Below are positions 1 to 11,223 of a DNA stretch of 64,000 nucleotides, piece by piece. The DNA comes from Podarcis cretensis (taxonomy: Eukaryota), in contig OX638160.1 of assembly GCA_951804945.1 (NCBI GenBank), positions 37,448,001-37,512,000 of the forward strand, written 5' to 3'. Under the pieces are notes generated by a model. That model made no database searches, had not been told where the DNA came from, and saw nothing but the letters and a program-made list of their open reading frames with translations. The first letter of the stretch is position 1. Each line of letters begins with the position of its first letter. Position numbers and translations under genes: made by a program.

Positions 1-29
1 GAAATGCGAGTAAACAAGGAAAAAGAGGA

Positions 30-340
30 CGGCGAGGCTGCTTTTTGCTCCCCAAATGGATTTTATTTTCCTGTATTAAGGGTGGGGATCTTGCTCTTTT
101 TCGCATTACCCTGAAAGACAGCTCCGATCCTGGGGTTTTGTTTTTTTGTTTGTTTCTTTTTTAAATCTTTACTCCCCCCCCCTATAGAATATAGGTGCTA
201 GAAGTGAAATGGGTGGGAGGGTTTGTTCGAGGACCCGCTAGGAGGGAAGGCAAACGTGGGAGAAGGCTGGGGCAGTTGGGTCCAGGAAGGCTTTGTGAGT
301 CAAATCGGCGTGGGAGGGTTAGGGCCAGCATTTTGGGGTG
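30..340. promoter_or_regulatory. Probable Hoxa2 rhombomere 3/5 enhancer (Krox20/EGR2 site plus BoxA-like motif)
   Basis: EGR-type site GCGTGGGAG at 308-316 next to GGCTTTGTGAG (minus strand CTCACAAAGCC, BoxA-like) at 289-299; second site ACGTGGGAG at 254-262. Lies between the HOXA3 3' end and HOXA2, where this enhancer is known to be. Boundaries approximate. Confidence 0.55.
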
Positions 341-3129
341 GGCAGCCTAATAGAAAAAACACCTGGAACAAAGAGGCTGGGCAGCAACAAAAAAACCCCA
401 TGCCCTCCACTCAAAACCCTCTGCAAAACCAAAACAACAACAAAAACAAAATTTATGTTTCTCTAAATGAAATCCGAACAGTATGTGATACAGTCGAGGG
501 AGTGCAGGGAGAAAATTTAGGTGAGCCCTTTCCGGTAAAAAAAAAAAAAAAATGCACGAGGAGAAAATATATGCTTTTTGACTTTCCCTCCCCAGAAAAT
601 TGTGTTAAAAGGTTGGTTTTCAATACCCAACAGTCAGCTATTCGCCACTGATATAAGGCATCATCTCTCAAATTAATTTTGAACAGGAGAATATCCACCA
701 CGATCCATTTTCGCTTCATCTTTCTCCAAATGCTGCATTCCGGAGATCCAATTTGGGGTCCCCCCCCCATTCTAAGACCCTTTAAAAACAGATTAATGAG
801 TTTTAAAAGGCTGGGTGCAGCCTTTCTGCAGTCTGGAGCGCGTCGCTGTAAGTATATATGGGACTTGTCTAACTCAAGCTATAATAAGGTTTGTATGGAT
901 GGCAAAATAATAATACAGAGTTACGTTTCTTTGCATTGTAGTTAGCTACGCCTTGTGTTTATTTTTTTATATTGGGGGTAGCAATGTTATTGGGACAAGA
1001 AATCAGGAAGTTTCTTAAGACTGTGAAAAAGAGAAGAGATGAATAATATTTCTACCAAGGTGACCAACATGGCGACAATCTCCTTCAGATTGACATAACA
1101 GATGCTGAATGTGGAATCGTTCCCCTCTAAATGCACTATTGTGTATACCGGTGTTTTTAGAATCCGAAACCCAATTGCTACAACAAATAAGCCCCGCAGC
1201 TTTAAATTATCTGTTTACTGTTTGGATTTATTATAACTCGTTTATTAGCGCAGATCCATGCATGAGGGTCTTCGAGACCAATTTGCTATGGATATATCAA
1301 AAGGTATTTCGGAAAGAAAGGATTTCATTTATTTTATTTCCCCTCCCCCCTCCCACAATAGAAGATTTACATTCGATTGCCTCACCTCGCCCACCCAATC
1401 TAGAAAAGACGTGGGTGGGGGTGCAGGATGGGAAAGGACGCTCGATTAACAAGTCATGCAAAGATTATTAAAGCCCTTCAATTTCTGAGACCGCAGTTGA
1501 GCAGCTCAGTTCGTGGAGAAGACCATAAGGAACAAACTCTCTCTTTCAACCCCGGGGATGGGCCAGATCGCTTGGCAAACAGGCCTGATTTATTATTGCT
1601 GAATCTGTCCCTTCATTATTAGGGTGATGAATTGTATTTTGCCTGTAAACAAATGTGCTTTTGAATTCGTGCCATATCAAATATGAGTCTAACTACACGA
1701 GTCTTCGTTTTTTTAGCCTTAAGTTTATTTAATTTCGCCTCTTTTTCTTTTCTCCAAATCCCCACCCCTTCCTTTTCCTTTTTTTAAAAAAATATTTCCC
1801 CCATCACTCAGCATAAACAGTCGCTGAATTGTCCGTTTTGGTTCCCGAGAGGAGCTTATAAGTGTGGGAGTAGCGAGCTGCCGATCGGCTCAAAGGTCCC
1901 CAGTGCGGAGGCGAGGAGAGCCTTTTCTCCCATTAGGAACGGCTGGCTTCCTCCAGCAGAGAGTGGACCCAACATGGCGAGAGGGAGAACAGCCTGCAAG
2001 CGGGACCCAGCTCATCCTGCGGCCTCAGGAGAAGATTCCCTTCTGCAGAGGCGACGCAGCCACCTGAGCTTGATTTACAGCATATCGCTCCAGACGTGGG
2101 GGACACAGTTTCTCTTCCCCACCTCCACCCCTTCCTCCGCTTCCCTTTGACCACAATGAATGCAACAAAAAACGAACAAGCTGCCACAGCTACCTATGGG
2201 CTGCGTTTATGAAAAACGTCTGGAGAACTGCAGTCCTCGAGCTATGGTCGGAAAGGGCGGATCTTTTTCCATCTTGGATATTTTCAATGCTCCAATTCTC
2301 CCCACTGTTGTTGTTTTTTGAGGAGTGGGGAGACAAAAATGTGTAAGTCTTCTAAGCTTTGAAAGCTCAGAGAAGCAGAGGAGACCTGAAGGTTGGATAT
2401 TGGAGATTTATGTATTTAAAAGCTCCAAGGGCATCAGTCCTTATTCTCTTTCTCTCTCGCTTTTTTTCTCCTTTCTAAAATCAAATGATCATATCTTAAG
2501 TCTGTATTATTCAGAATAAAAACTTTATTTTTTTTTTCCAGAATGTGAGCAGCAAGGAATGTATAACTTTCAAAACAAAATCTAGCTTTGTGTTGTTCTC
2601 GTTCAGGTTTACACATTTCCCTTTAGTTCGATGTTAACAGGCACCCGTTTCTGTTCCTGTGGTGGCCTGCTGTTTATTTTCCAGATTTTATTGCATTTTT
2701 TTTCCTTCTTCTTTTTAAATAAAGGAGTTTAAGTTCCCCCCTTCCAAATGATATTTCCTATGTATGTCATTTAACATACAACCAGGTAAATATCTCCTGA
2801 ATATTCAGGGTACAGAAGTTTATTTTTTTTAATATATTTATATATATAAATATGAACAGATGGGGATAAATAAAAAAATTTAAACACTTAGATTATTCAA
2901 AGTTTGCAAAAAAATATAAATAAATCTGAAAGTTCACCAGCATACACACGTTGAAAGACGTACACGTATTAATAAGTTCGCTCAGGGAGCCCCTGTTCAA
3001 GCGCCTTTTTATTTCTTTCTCGCTATTTAAAAGAAGTGCAATTAAAATAAAAATGCTTCCCCGGTTGGGATCGATTCTGTACGAACAAATTCACATTTAA
3101 GAACCATCTGTATAGAAAATTTGTTCATA

Positions 3130-3137
3130 TACCCTGT
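3130..3137 (-). promoter_or_regulatory. miR-10 8mer seed match in HOXA3 3' UTR
   Basis: mRNA-sense ACAGGGTA (plus strand TACCCTGT), about 320 nt downstream of the HOXA3 stop. Confidence 0.65.
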
Positions 3138-3455
3138 TTTGATAAAAGTGTTGAAGTTAAGAGTAGAAAGCCTATGTATACTCTCAAAGGGAGAACACAA
3201 GGCAAAGAGTTCAAGGAGATAAATATCCACTATTGAAACTAGGGAGCAATTCAAGCAACAGATATTGCTACGTCACATAAACTAGAAAATGCTTCTTCTT
3301 TTTTTAACCAAAAGAAAAGAAATCAGAAGCAAAACAGAAAGGGCAGGGGGAGGAATTTAAAGTATTTTTCTTTTCTTTTCCTTCTTTTTCCCTTTTTCTT
3401 TTTTTTAAAAAAAGGCTGGGGGACTTTTATGATCCACTAAGTAACTGATGGTATA

Positions 3456-4219
3456 TTACAGATGGGTCAGTTTGGGCGCTTCCTGAATTCTTCCCTGAGA
3501 AGGATGGTGAGAAGTAAGGTCTGTATATGTTGGGTGTGGGTCACACGGTCCATGGTGATGATTGTTGCCCATTGGCCCGCTGTAGTCCATGTTGGCAGAG
3601 GAAGGATGAGGGAGGTGAGTCAGACCAAAGATGGAAGGCCCAGAATTTGCCATGGTGTCCACATAATTGCCCCCAACATAGACGGGGCTTCCCTGTATAT
3701 GTGGATTGCCATAGCCATTCCCTTGAAGAGGATGAGGGTCATATTCAGGAGTCACTGCTGCAGTTCCGGTATATCTTTTTTGTGGAGGCGGGCAGTTATT
3801 GAGAGGAGCCGGATATGACGTAGGGATGCCATAGGCGTTCTGATGAGGCTTGCTGAAGGATGGCGGTGACTGGGGTTCATATGGAACACTGTTTACTAGG
3901 GAATGCATAGAGTTCAGGTATCCTCCAGCAGCCGGAGGGACAGGACTTCTGCTGGGGGACTGTCCTCCTGAAGAGGTCATCATGCCTTTGCCCTTCTGAT
4001 CCTTTTTGTATTTCATCCTGCGGTTTTGGAACCATATTTTGATCTGTCTTTCTGTGAGGTTGAGCAAGTTAGCCATCTCTACCCTTCTTGGCCTGCAAAG
4101 GTATCTATTGAAGTGAAACTCCTTTTCCAGTTCTACCAGCTGGGCACTTGTGTAAGCCGTGCGGGCTCTTTTAGAGGAAGCTTGCCCTGGGGGGCTTTTA
4201 TCACCAGCACAACTCTCAC
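3456..4219 (-). CDS. HOXA3: Homeobox protein Hox-A3, coding exon 2 (homeodomain and C-terminal tail)
   Basis: Acceptor tttgcatag|GT GAG AGT; PG3 homeodomain [59 protein letters not shown]; ends [15 protein letters not shown]. 764 nt, phase matches exon 1. Confidence 0.97.
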
Positions 4220-4327
4220 CTATGCAAATCATACAAAGAACAAAGTGAGTATGGGGGCACCTGAACACACAACAACCAGTATTCATCAATCAGCCTTGCC
4301 TGGGCTAGTACATTGCAGGGCCTAGTG

Positions 4328-4578
4328 CAGGGGTCAGCAACTTTTTTCAGCTGTGGGCCGGTCCACCGTCTCTCAGACCATGTGGTGGGCCAGACTATGT
4401 TTGGGGGAAAAAATATGAACAAATTCCTATGCCCCACAAATAACCCAGAGATGGATTTTAAATAAAAGGACACCTTCTACTCATGTAAAAACACGTTGAT
4501 TCCCGAACCGTCCGCAGGCCAGATTGAGAAGGCAATTGGGCCGCATCCGGCCCACGGGCCTTAGGTTGCCTACCCCTG
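4328..4578. mobile_element. Non-autonomous hAT (Charlie-like) MITE, 251 bp, in HOXA3 intron
   Basis: Terminal inverted repeats CAGGGGTCAGCAAC ... GTTGCCTACCCCTG; 8-bp target-site duplication GCCTAGTG (4320-4327) / ACCTAGTG (4579-4586); no coding capacity. Confidence 0.88.
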
Positions 4579-5479
4579 ACCTAGTGGTAGCATTGGCTCT
4601 TTCACACATGAGGTTGTCTGCTGTGACCAACGATATGCTCAAGTGACAGTCATTTACTGCACCAATATATGCAAATTGCCTGTATCTCTGTAGAATCAGA
4701 GATACGGTCTTTGAAAACCACTAGAAATGTGTCTGACCAGAAACCATGCTTTTATGGGAAAGATAAACACCATGGCAAATGAAGGTATGGATTTTGGGGT
4801 TACATGTTGTCAGCTCCCAAACCGCTAAAACAAAAGTTGTTTGCTATATGAATTGGATTACTCCCAAGTAATTGAATGAAAGTCCAATTGAAGTGGTAGG
4901 TTGAATTATTTCTTTCATATGGAACTTTAGAGAAGAGAAAACTTGACTCTTTTAGAATCAACCGCAAAAGTCCCATTGACTTTGGTGGGGTCAGGATAAT
5001 GCGGCTGACATTCAGAGAGGTCCAGAGAACTTCAAAAGGTATATTCCATTAAGTATAACAAGATAGGTATCTATGTCAATAAGCCGAGAATCAGAATACA
5101 AAAAGCCAAAGACAAACATCCATACTCCATCCACTTCCTTCCCCAAATATAAAACCAGCTTGTCTGCCAGCTCCACACACCAGTGAAGAATTACGTGGCT
5201 TAAAGCCAGCTTGGACACACTCAAGTGAATGGAATGGATAGGAACACAGGGCCAGCTCTGTGATTGGGAAAGACAAAGAGGCCTGCTGTAGGCAGTGATT
5301 TTAGGGTACCATTAAAGGGCAGCAAAATGGTTAATTGTTCAATTCATTGTGCTGGGTTTTTTTACCACCGTGGTGGGTTGGGAGTGGGGACATTTTCCAA
5401 AATGTATTCAGCTTTTGCTGAGTGCACAATCCAAATAAGTGAAATATTTCTGAAGTCACATCAAACTCCATGAGATTTT

Positions 5480-5568
5480 GGCTTTAATCCTATACCTTCT
5501 TACCCAGGAAAAGTCCCCATTGAACTCAGTGAGATTCCTCCTAGGTAGATAGGTATAGGAATCCACTG
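5480..5568. mobile_element. ~90-bp hairpin-like interspersed repeat copy (MITE-like)
   Basis: aatcctatac...cccattgaactcagtgagat...gtataggaat; imperfect palindrome similar to other copies in the window. Confidence 0.65.
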
Positions 5569-5690
5569 TTAAGCAGAGTTCCTAAGCCCCACAGAATTCC
5601 AGGAATTTGCTTCCAAGTTTAGTATCAAGCCTACATTACATTCAGTTCTGTGGGACTGTCCTTCCAACAGTTGCACCTAATGAGATATGT

Positions 5691-5780
5691 CTGCAGTCCT
5701 CTGCATATTTACTAATAAGCAAGGCCTATTAAACTGAGCAGGGTTTACTTCCAGGTTGACATGTTTAGAATTAGGCTGCC
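5691..5780. mobile_element. ~90-bp hairpin-like interspersed repeat copy (degenerate)
   Basis: ctgcagtcct...tttactaataagcaagg...tttacttccaggttgacatgtttagaatt, same family layout. Confidence 0.5.
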
Positions 5781-6326
5781 ACCCTTAGTACTTTGACTGC
5801 CCGGGTTTATGGATCAGAGCCAGGGTCCTAGATGATATAATATGCATGTAGATAAATATACAGTTTAAACCACAGTACATATCAAATAATCAGGCTTGTC
5901 AGTGTTGATACACCACTGTAACAGTATTAGAAATGCATCGAAGAAAACATTTGCAAAAAGTTTAGAATCTATTTTCACAGCACAAGATAAATTGAGGAAG
6001 TAAGTGGTAAATAGGAGCCAAATGCCTGGGGAGACTGACGCTAATACTTTTCTCATCGATTTGGGTTTACTTATGTAATAGCACTGTTGATAAACACTAT
6101 AATCCACCCATAATGTATTTATGGACCTGCCTGCAAAGTGCTAAAGAAACCTAAGCTTTGTTTACTGTGCTTGTAAGGTTGCCAGTCTGTGCGCTAAAAT
6201 CAAAAGAGGTTATGAATATCAAACAAAGCATTGATCTTGACTGCAGATAATGATGAGCTATTTTATTCTCATTACACTTCAGCAGGGATAGGTCACTGTC
6301 TTGTGACTGTAGCACTGTGCCAAAAA

Positions 6327-6328
<2 letters not shown>

Positions 6329-6370
<42 letters not shown>
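6329..6370. repeat. (GA)n microsatellite
   Basis: About 21 perfect GA units. Confidence 0.95.
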
Positions 6371-6373
<3 letters not shown>

Positions 6374-6743
6374 GCACACAGGTCTTGCCACTGGTTGAAG
6401 ATAGGCCTTGGACCTTTGTATCTGGACATGATTTAATAGAAGCAGAAAGGAGGGGGCTGGTTGTCTATGGAATGTTGAGGACTCAGAGGTGCCTGTTACA
6501 GTCATCTCAAAGCCTGCAAGGAGAAGAGCTTGGAAGCTAAGCAACTTCACATTCTTTTGCTAGAGTTTAACAGAGGTCATGCAAAGCAACCAAACTTCAG
6601 GCGTCCTCCTCTTTCTGGAGATCAGCCTCTTTGGATGTGTGTGCGCGCACACACGCACACAAACCCCTACCTAAATATGTGCACATGTAGCTGTATGTAT
6701 GTATGCATTTGCATATCTATCTTTTGCTGTGTGTATGTGTAAT

Positions 6744-6875
6744 CAGTGGCTTGGCGTGGGGGGTGCAGGGGGGGGGCCGGCCGCACCGGGCGCAACATCT
6801 GGGGGTTAGGGTTAGGGATAGGGTTAGGGGGCGCAAATTACTTGCCTTGCCCCGGGTGCTGACAATCCACATTAC
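6744..6875. mobile_element. Short non-autonomous DNA element (hAT-Tip100-like termini) with internal TTAGGG-like repeats; right end runs into N-run
   Basis: Starts CAGTGGCTTGGCGTGG; the sequence before the Ns (CCACATTAC) begins the imperfect inverted terminus. GC-rich insert in an AT-rich intron. TSD cannot be verified. Confidence 0.65.
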
Positions 6876-7063
6876 NNNNNNNNNNNNNNNNNNNNNNNNN
6901 NNNNNNNNNNNNNNNNNNNNNNNNNNNNNNNNNNNNNNNNNNNNNNNNNNNNNNNNNNNNNNNNNNNNNNNNNNNNNNNNNNNNNNNNNNNNNNNNNNNN
7001 NNNNNNNNNNNNNNNNNNNNNNNNNNNNNNNNNNNNNNNNNNNNNNNNNNNNNNNNNNNNNNN
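6876..7063. other. N-run (188 nt)
   Basis: Undetermined bases between a MITE end and a TG-rich tract. Confidence 0.99.
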
Positions 7064-7293
7064 TGTGTGTAGCTATAGATAAGGCCATTTTTCTGATCTC
7101 AAGCCATTGTGTGTGTTTCCAATTTCCAAGTGAAATAGCTGGGGAGTGGGGAATCTAAACCATTCCTGCAAGACTAATGAAACACCTAGAAGTCAAGGAT
7201 CTGAATAACTTCTGCTTAAGGGCTTGGTGAATGGGGCTGCCTGTAAGTGCATCGCTCGGTTAATCTCTACTAGCCCTCCTCCTTTTGCCATAC

Positions 7294-7792
7294 CTGAACT
7301 GGAGCCGCTGTTTTTCTGCTTGGTGTTTTGTCGAGACTCTTTCATCCAGGGGAATATTTGCTTGGACATGGTGGGCGAGTTCAAGATGGAGCTCTTGGTG
7401 GCGCTAGGCGGGGCGGAATTAGTGGTGGCATTCTGAGGTGGTGACACAGAGGGGGGTGGAGGTGGTGGTGCTTGCTGAGGGGCTGGAGGCTGCTGCTGAG
7501 GCTGCTCTGAAAGGACCGGGGGCTGGAGAGACTGGCTGGTGATGGTCCTCATACAACTCTCATTGATTTCATTGGCCTTGTGGTGGGACACGGTGGTGCT
7601 GCCGCCGCCGCCTCCGCCTCCGGGGGACTGTAAAGAGCAGGCCGGTCGATGGTACTCCGTTTCCACCAGCGAGGAAGAAGGAGGCGGAGGAGGATATTGC
7701 TGCTGACTAGCATTGTAAGCGAAACCATTTGCTCCTTGGTAAGGATAGCCGCCATAGATCGCAGAGCTGTCGTAGTAGGTCGCTTTTTGCAT
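7294..7792 (-). CDS. HOXA3: Homeobox protein Hox-A3, coding exon 1
   Basis: Starts [19 protein letters not shown] (ATG at 7792); hexapeptide [10 protein letters not shown]; donor TCAG|gtatgg at 7294/7293. 499 nt; joined CDS 1263 nt = 420 aa. Confidence 0.97.
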
Positions 7793-7909
7793 TTCGTTGT
7801 TTCCCAATATTTATTTCACAAACTGACAGGGTCTTGACACCCTTAAAGAATAACATTGGCACCCCTCTGTCACGTGACGTTTTTCCTCCAATGGCCCGTC
7901 CTGGTAGAC
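7793..7909 (-). other. HOXA3: HOXA3 5' UTR part of first coding exon, with splice acceptor
   Basis: Pyrimidine-rich tract then ccctag|GTCTACC at 7910/7909 (alternative cag 9 nt downstream); contains CCAAT and GTCACGTGAC (7869-7878). Confidence 0.7.
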
Positions 7910-8193
7910 CTAGGGTGTAGGGAAACCACAGGAGAGTGAAGAAATAGTACAAATCCATCTTACTTTCAATAGCTAAGTGACATGAAAGCCATAACAGAAA
8001 AAGTGGTCAGCAATATTTAGCAGCATGACTTGGCCTGGAGGGCGAAGAGAATTTCGATAGTGGCTGGGATTTACTAGGCAGCCGTACTGTGTGCTTTACT
8101 GCTCCGGGAGACTGTGGTTTTCTAGGATTTTCATATCTATATTTGTGTGTGTGTGTGTGTGTGTGTCTGTGTGTGTCTGTGTATAGACACAGA

Positions 8194-8227
<34 letters not shown>

Positions 8228-10546
8228 CATGAAAATCTACACACACACACACACCTCCACCCTTACTCTAAGAACCAATTTATCAATTCTCAGGAAAGGG
8301 ACTTCGTAGGTTATTTAAAGGGAGAGTCTCTAGATAAGAACGACCAGAGTAAACTTGTGGTCACCGTGGGAAAGTGATATTTTCTCCCCGCCCCACCCCC
8401 AAAATAATGAGCAAATCCGTAGCTCTTTCCTCTTTAGACTATTTTTTTTTGCTCCCCCCTCCTTTTTTATTATTAAGCAAACATCATTTTGAATTGCATT
8501 TTTTTTTAAGGAAAAAAGAAAAGGGAAAGCTAGAAGACCCATAAATAACTGTATCGCATTCCCCGTGAAGGGCTACTCAACGTTCTGGCACTCGAGGGAT
8601 TCGAACACATGAACTGTTTGCTAGGAAACGTTTGACAAATGCAACCCATAATGGCCCTCGTGTGATGAAACAGCACAGCGACGAGGGAAACCCTTCTCCT
8701 TCGCAGTTTAATAACCAGCCAACTTCCTGCGCATAAATTAGCTTTAACTGCTGCGCCTTTAGACAGAGACACAAATCTGGCCTCCAGGATCAAACAGCCT
8801 CAACATGTAACCAAACATAATAATCCTAGGCGGCCTTTCAGCTAGACCTGCTTTTGTGGGAAGTTTCCTTCGCACCCTCGGGCCTATACTGTATATTATT
8901 TCTGTCCATTGCGTTCCGCGGGAACAGCTAATAACTATTTCGGGGGTATATTAGGCACATATGAACTTTTAAAATATTATCATTCAGTATCTTCACTTCC
9001 CCCTCCCCCAAACCCCTTCATGTAATATACCCAAATTCTACCTGCTCAAACATGATGGATTGGGGGAAAGACACACACCAGGAACCTGAAAAACCAGCGT
9101 TCATCTCCATGACCACGGATTGAACTTTCCTACCAACTTAACGATAATAGGCTCTGTCTTTGGAACTGCTATGTAATTTGATGTATGAGGGTCATTTGGC
9201 TGGGAAAAGGAGAATGGACACACAAAACCGCAGAAGGCTCCTACAACCCAGGCGAATCTTTTTCTGTTCACTCCACAATGTTTACCTGTATGAGTACAAC
9301 CGAGGTTGGAGTTGGGCTTCCATTCCCAGGAATTTTATCTGCCATCTAAGAACTTTTTTTTTTTTTTACAGGCCGGCCAAACCCCGATATCAAAACCCAT
9401 CTATCCGCACCTTAATAGTTTCCCTCTCCCCATCTTCTTACAAAACACCCTCGGTTCCCTCTTCTCCGCCAAGATGGTCTTGTGCCAAGGCTTATATTCT
9501 TGAAGAAAACATTACACAGCACCCTAGGCACCCACTCAAATTCATTACATGTGTTAGCATTTCAGTCCACACTCGTTTCCTTAGAAAACAAGGCACATTG
9601 TAGAGACAAACTAATTTAATAAACCCCTTACAGATGGCAGCTGCCTTTTGATTCTTATTATTATTTAAACAGTAATCAAGTCCTTTCTTAACCCGGCGGT
9701 TAAGAGCTAAAAATGTAGGCAATTAACTTTCTTTGGCTGCAGTTTAGAAACTGTAGCCCCGGAACACAATCCAGCCATAAACTGATTTCCTCCAGTTTGA
9801 GAGCGAATCGACTTAAACCTAAAATACCTACAAACAAAAACAAAAAACTTTGATTGTAGATCCTACTGTTGCTATCTGTCTTCTAATCATTCTGCTAATT
9901 CCCGGGCTTCCTTTGCAGAGGCCTGTTATCTTCTGTGAACCACAAATTAGGTGGTGGGGTCTGTTATGATCGTGGTTCCCGTTTGATCATATTCATAATA
10001 TTTCCACGCTGTCCCAGGCATTTAAGTTTTGTTCTTGTAAGCTTTGGCAGAGAGGCGAGAACCAGCTCAGGTGGAGGATGGTGCCGAAGAGAGTGTGAAG
10101 TGAGAGGAATAAGGCAATTCTCATCCTTAATGTCAGCAGCCCACTCCGAGCAAAGGTAAACCTAAGTATTCTCAAACAATGAAAGGAGCGGTGCTAATAA
10201 ACAACTCCGGTTGAAATCATGGGCAAAACTTCCACGAAAGGGCATGACTCTGGATCACATCTTATACTGTATTATCAATTCAAAGTAAAATGCACCCTTC
10301 ATATCATTTGCCTATTGCTGATGATGATGAACAGATGATAGACAAAAGGAAACTGGCGGGGAGGAACAGGTTACAAGCAAAATTAGGCCGCGCAGAAGTT
10401 TGTCACGCAACCCAGTGACTTGGCCAGCAGACTTCATAAAAACTTGATTGCTTATCGTGGGATCATACGCAGCCCAGTCTTACATAAGCTTACTCCAAAG
10501 TAAGTTCCATGGAGTTGCATGGAGTTTACTCTCGCTGCCCTATAGG

Positions 10547-10635
10547 GCGACCCAATGTCTATTTAACCGGGAAGTAAGTCCCACTCTATTCGGTTGGACT
10601 CCCTTCCCAGGAAGAAATGTGCGCAGGATTGTACT
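10547..10635. mobile_element. ~90-bp hairpin-like interspersed repeat copy
   Basis: Core gaagtaagtcccact...ggactcccttcccaggaag...aggattgta. Confidence 0.55.
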
Positions 10636-11206
10636 ATCTCAGGATCCAAAAGTGTCCCAAGGGGTGAGCAAGAAGACTAGACCGGCCCTTGCAAATAAAA
10701 TATCCTCATCAATTAGGACTTTCCTAGCTCCTTAGAAACACTAGAAAGCTTTGGTGGAAACTTTTGCTTGATTAGGGAAGTCTCCCTATTGCTTCTCCCA
10801 CCCCACACTCAGTTTTTTTAAAAACAACAACAACAACAACAACAAAAAACCCTCCTCCCTTCCACGCCTCGATCCGCAGCTCAGAAAAAGGCGGGTTGCC
10901 TGGACATGAGCCGATACAGTCCTGGTTGGAAAACAGGGAGACTGAACTGGCCTAAAAGTTTCAATCCTCCTCAACTGGCTCGTGGAGCGAGCTGCGGCGA
11001 CCAATCTCGAGCTGTTTCTTTCTCGCGCTCCCGTCTTTTCCCTTCACCCTGCTCAGTCCAGGCGGGCACCCCCTCTCACCCACCTTCCCTTCGCCCCAAG
11101 ATTTCCTGCCAGATAAAGGGAAAGTGGAGGGGAGGGGGTGGGCAAGTGGCCTGAACTCGAAGCACCAGGGTCTATCCGTCACTGCCTGGAAGGAAGCTCC
11201 AGCCTG

Positions 11207-11223
11207 TGAACTCTTCTTGAACC
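11207..11223 (-). promoter_or_regulatory. DR5 retinoic acid response element (Hox3-associated RARE)
   Basis: Minus strand GGTTCA agaag AGTTCA, a perfect RGKTCA-N5-RGKTCA; matches the RARE known upstream of paralogue group 3 coding exons. Confidence 0.85.
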
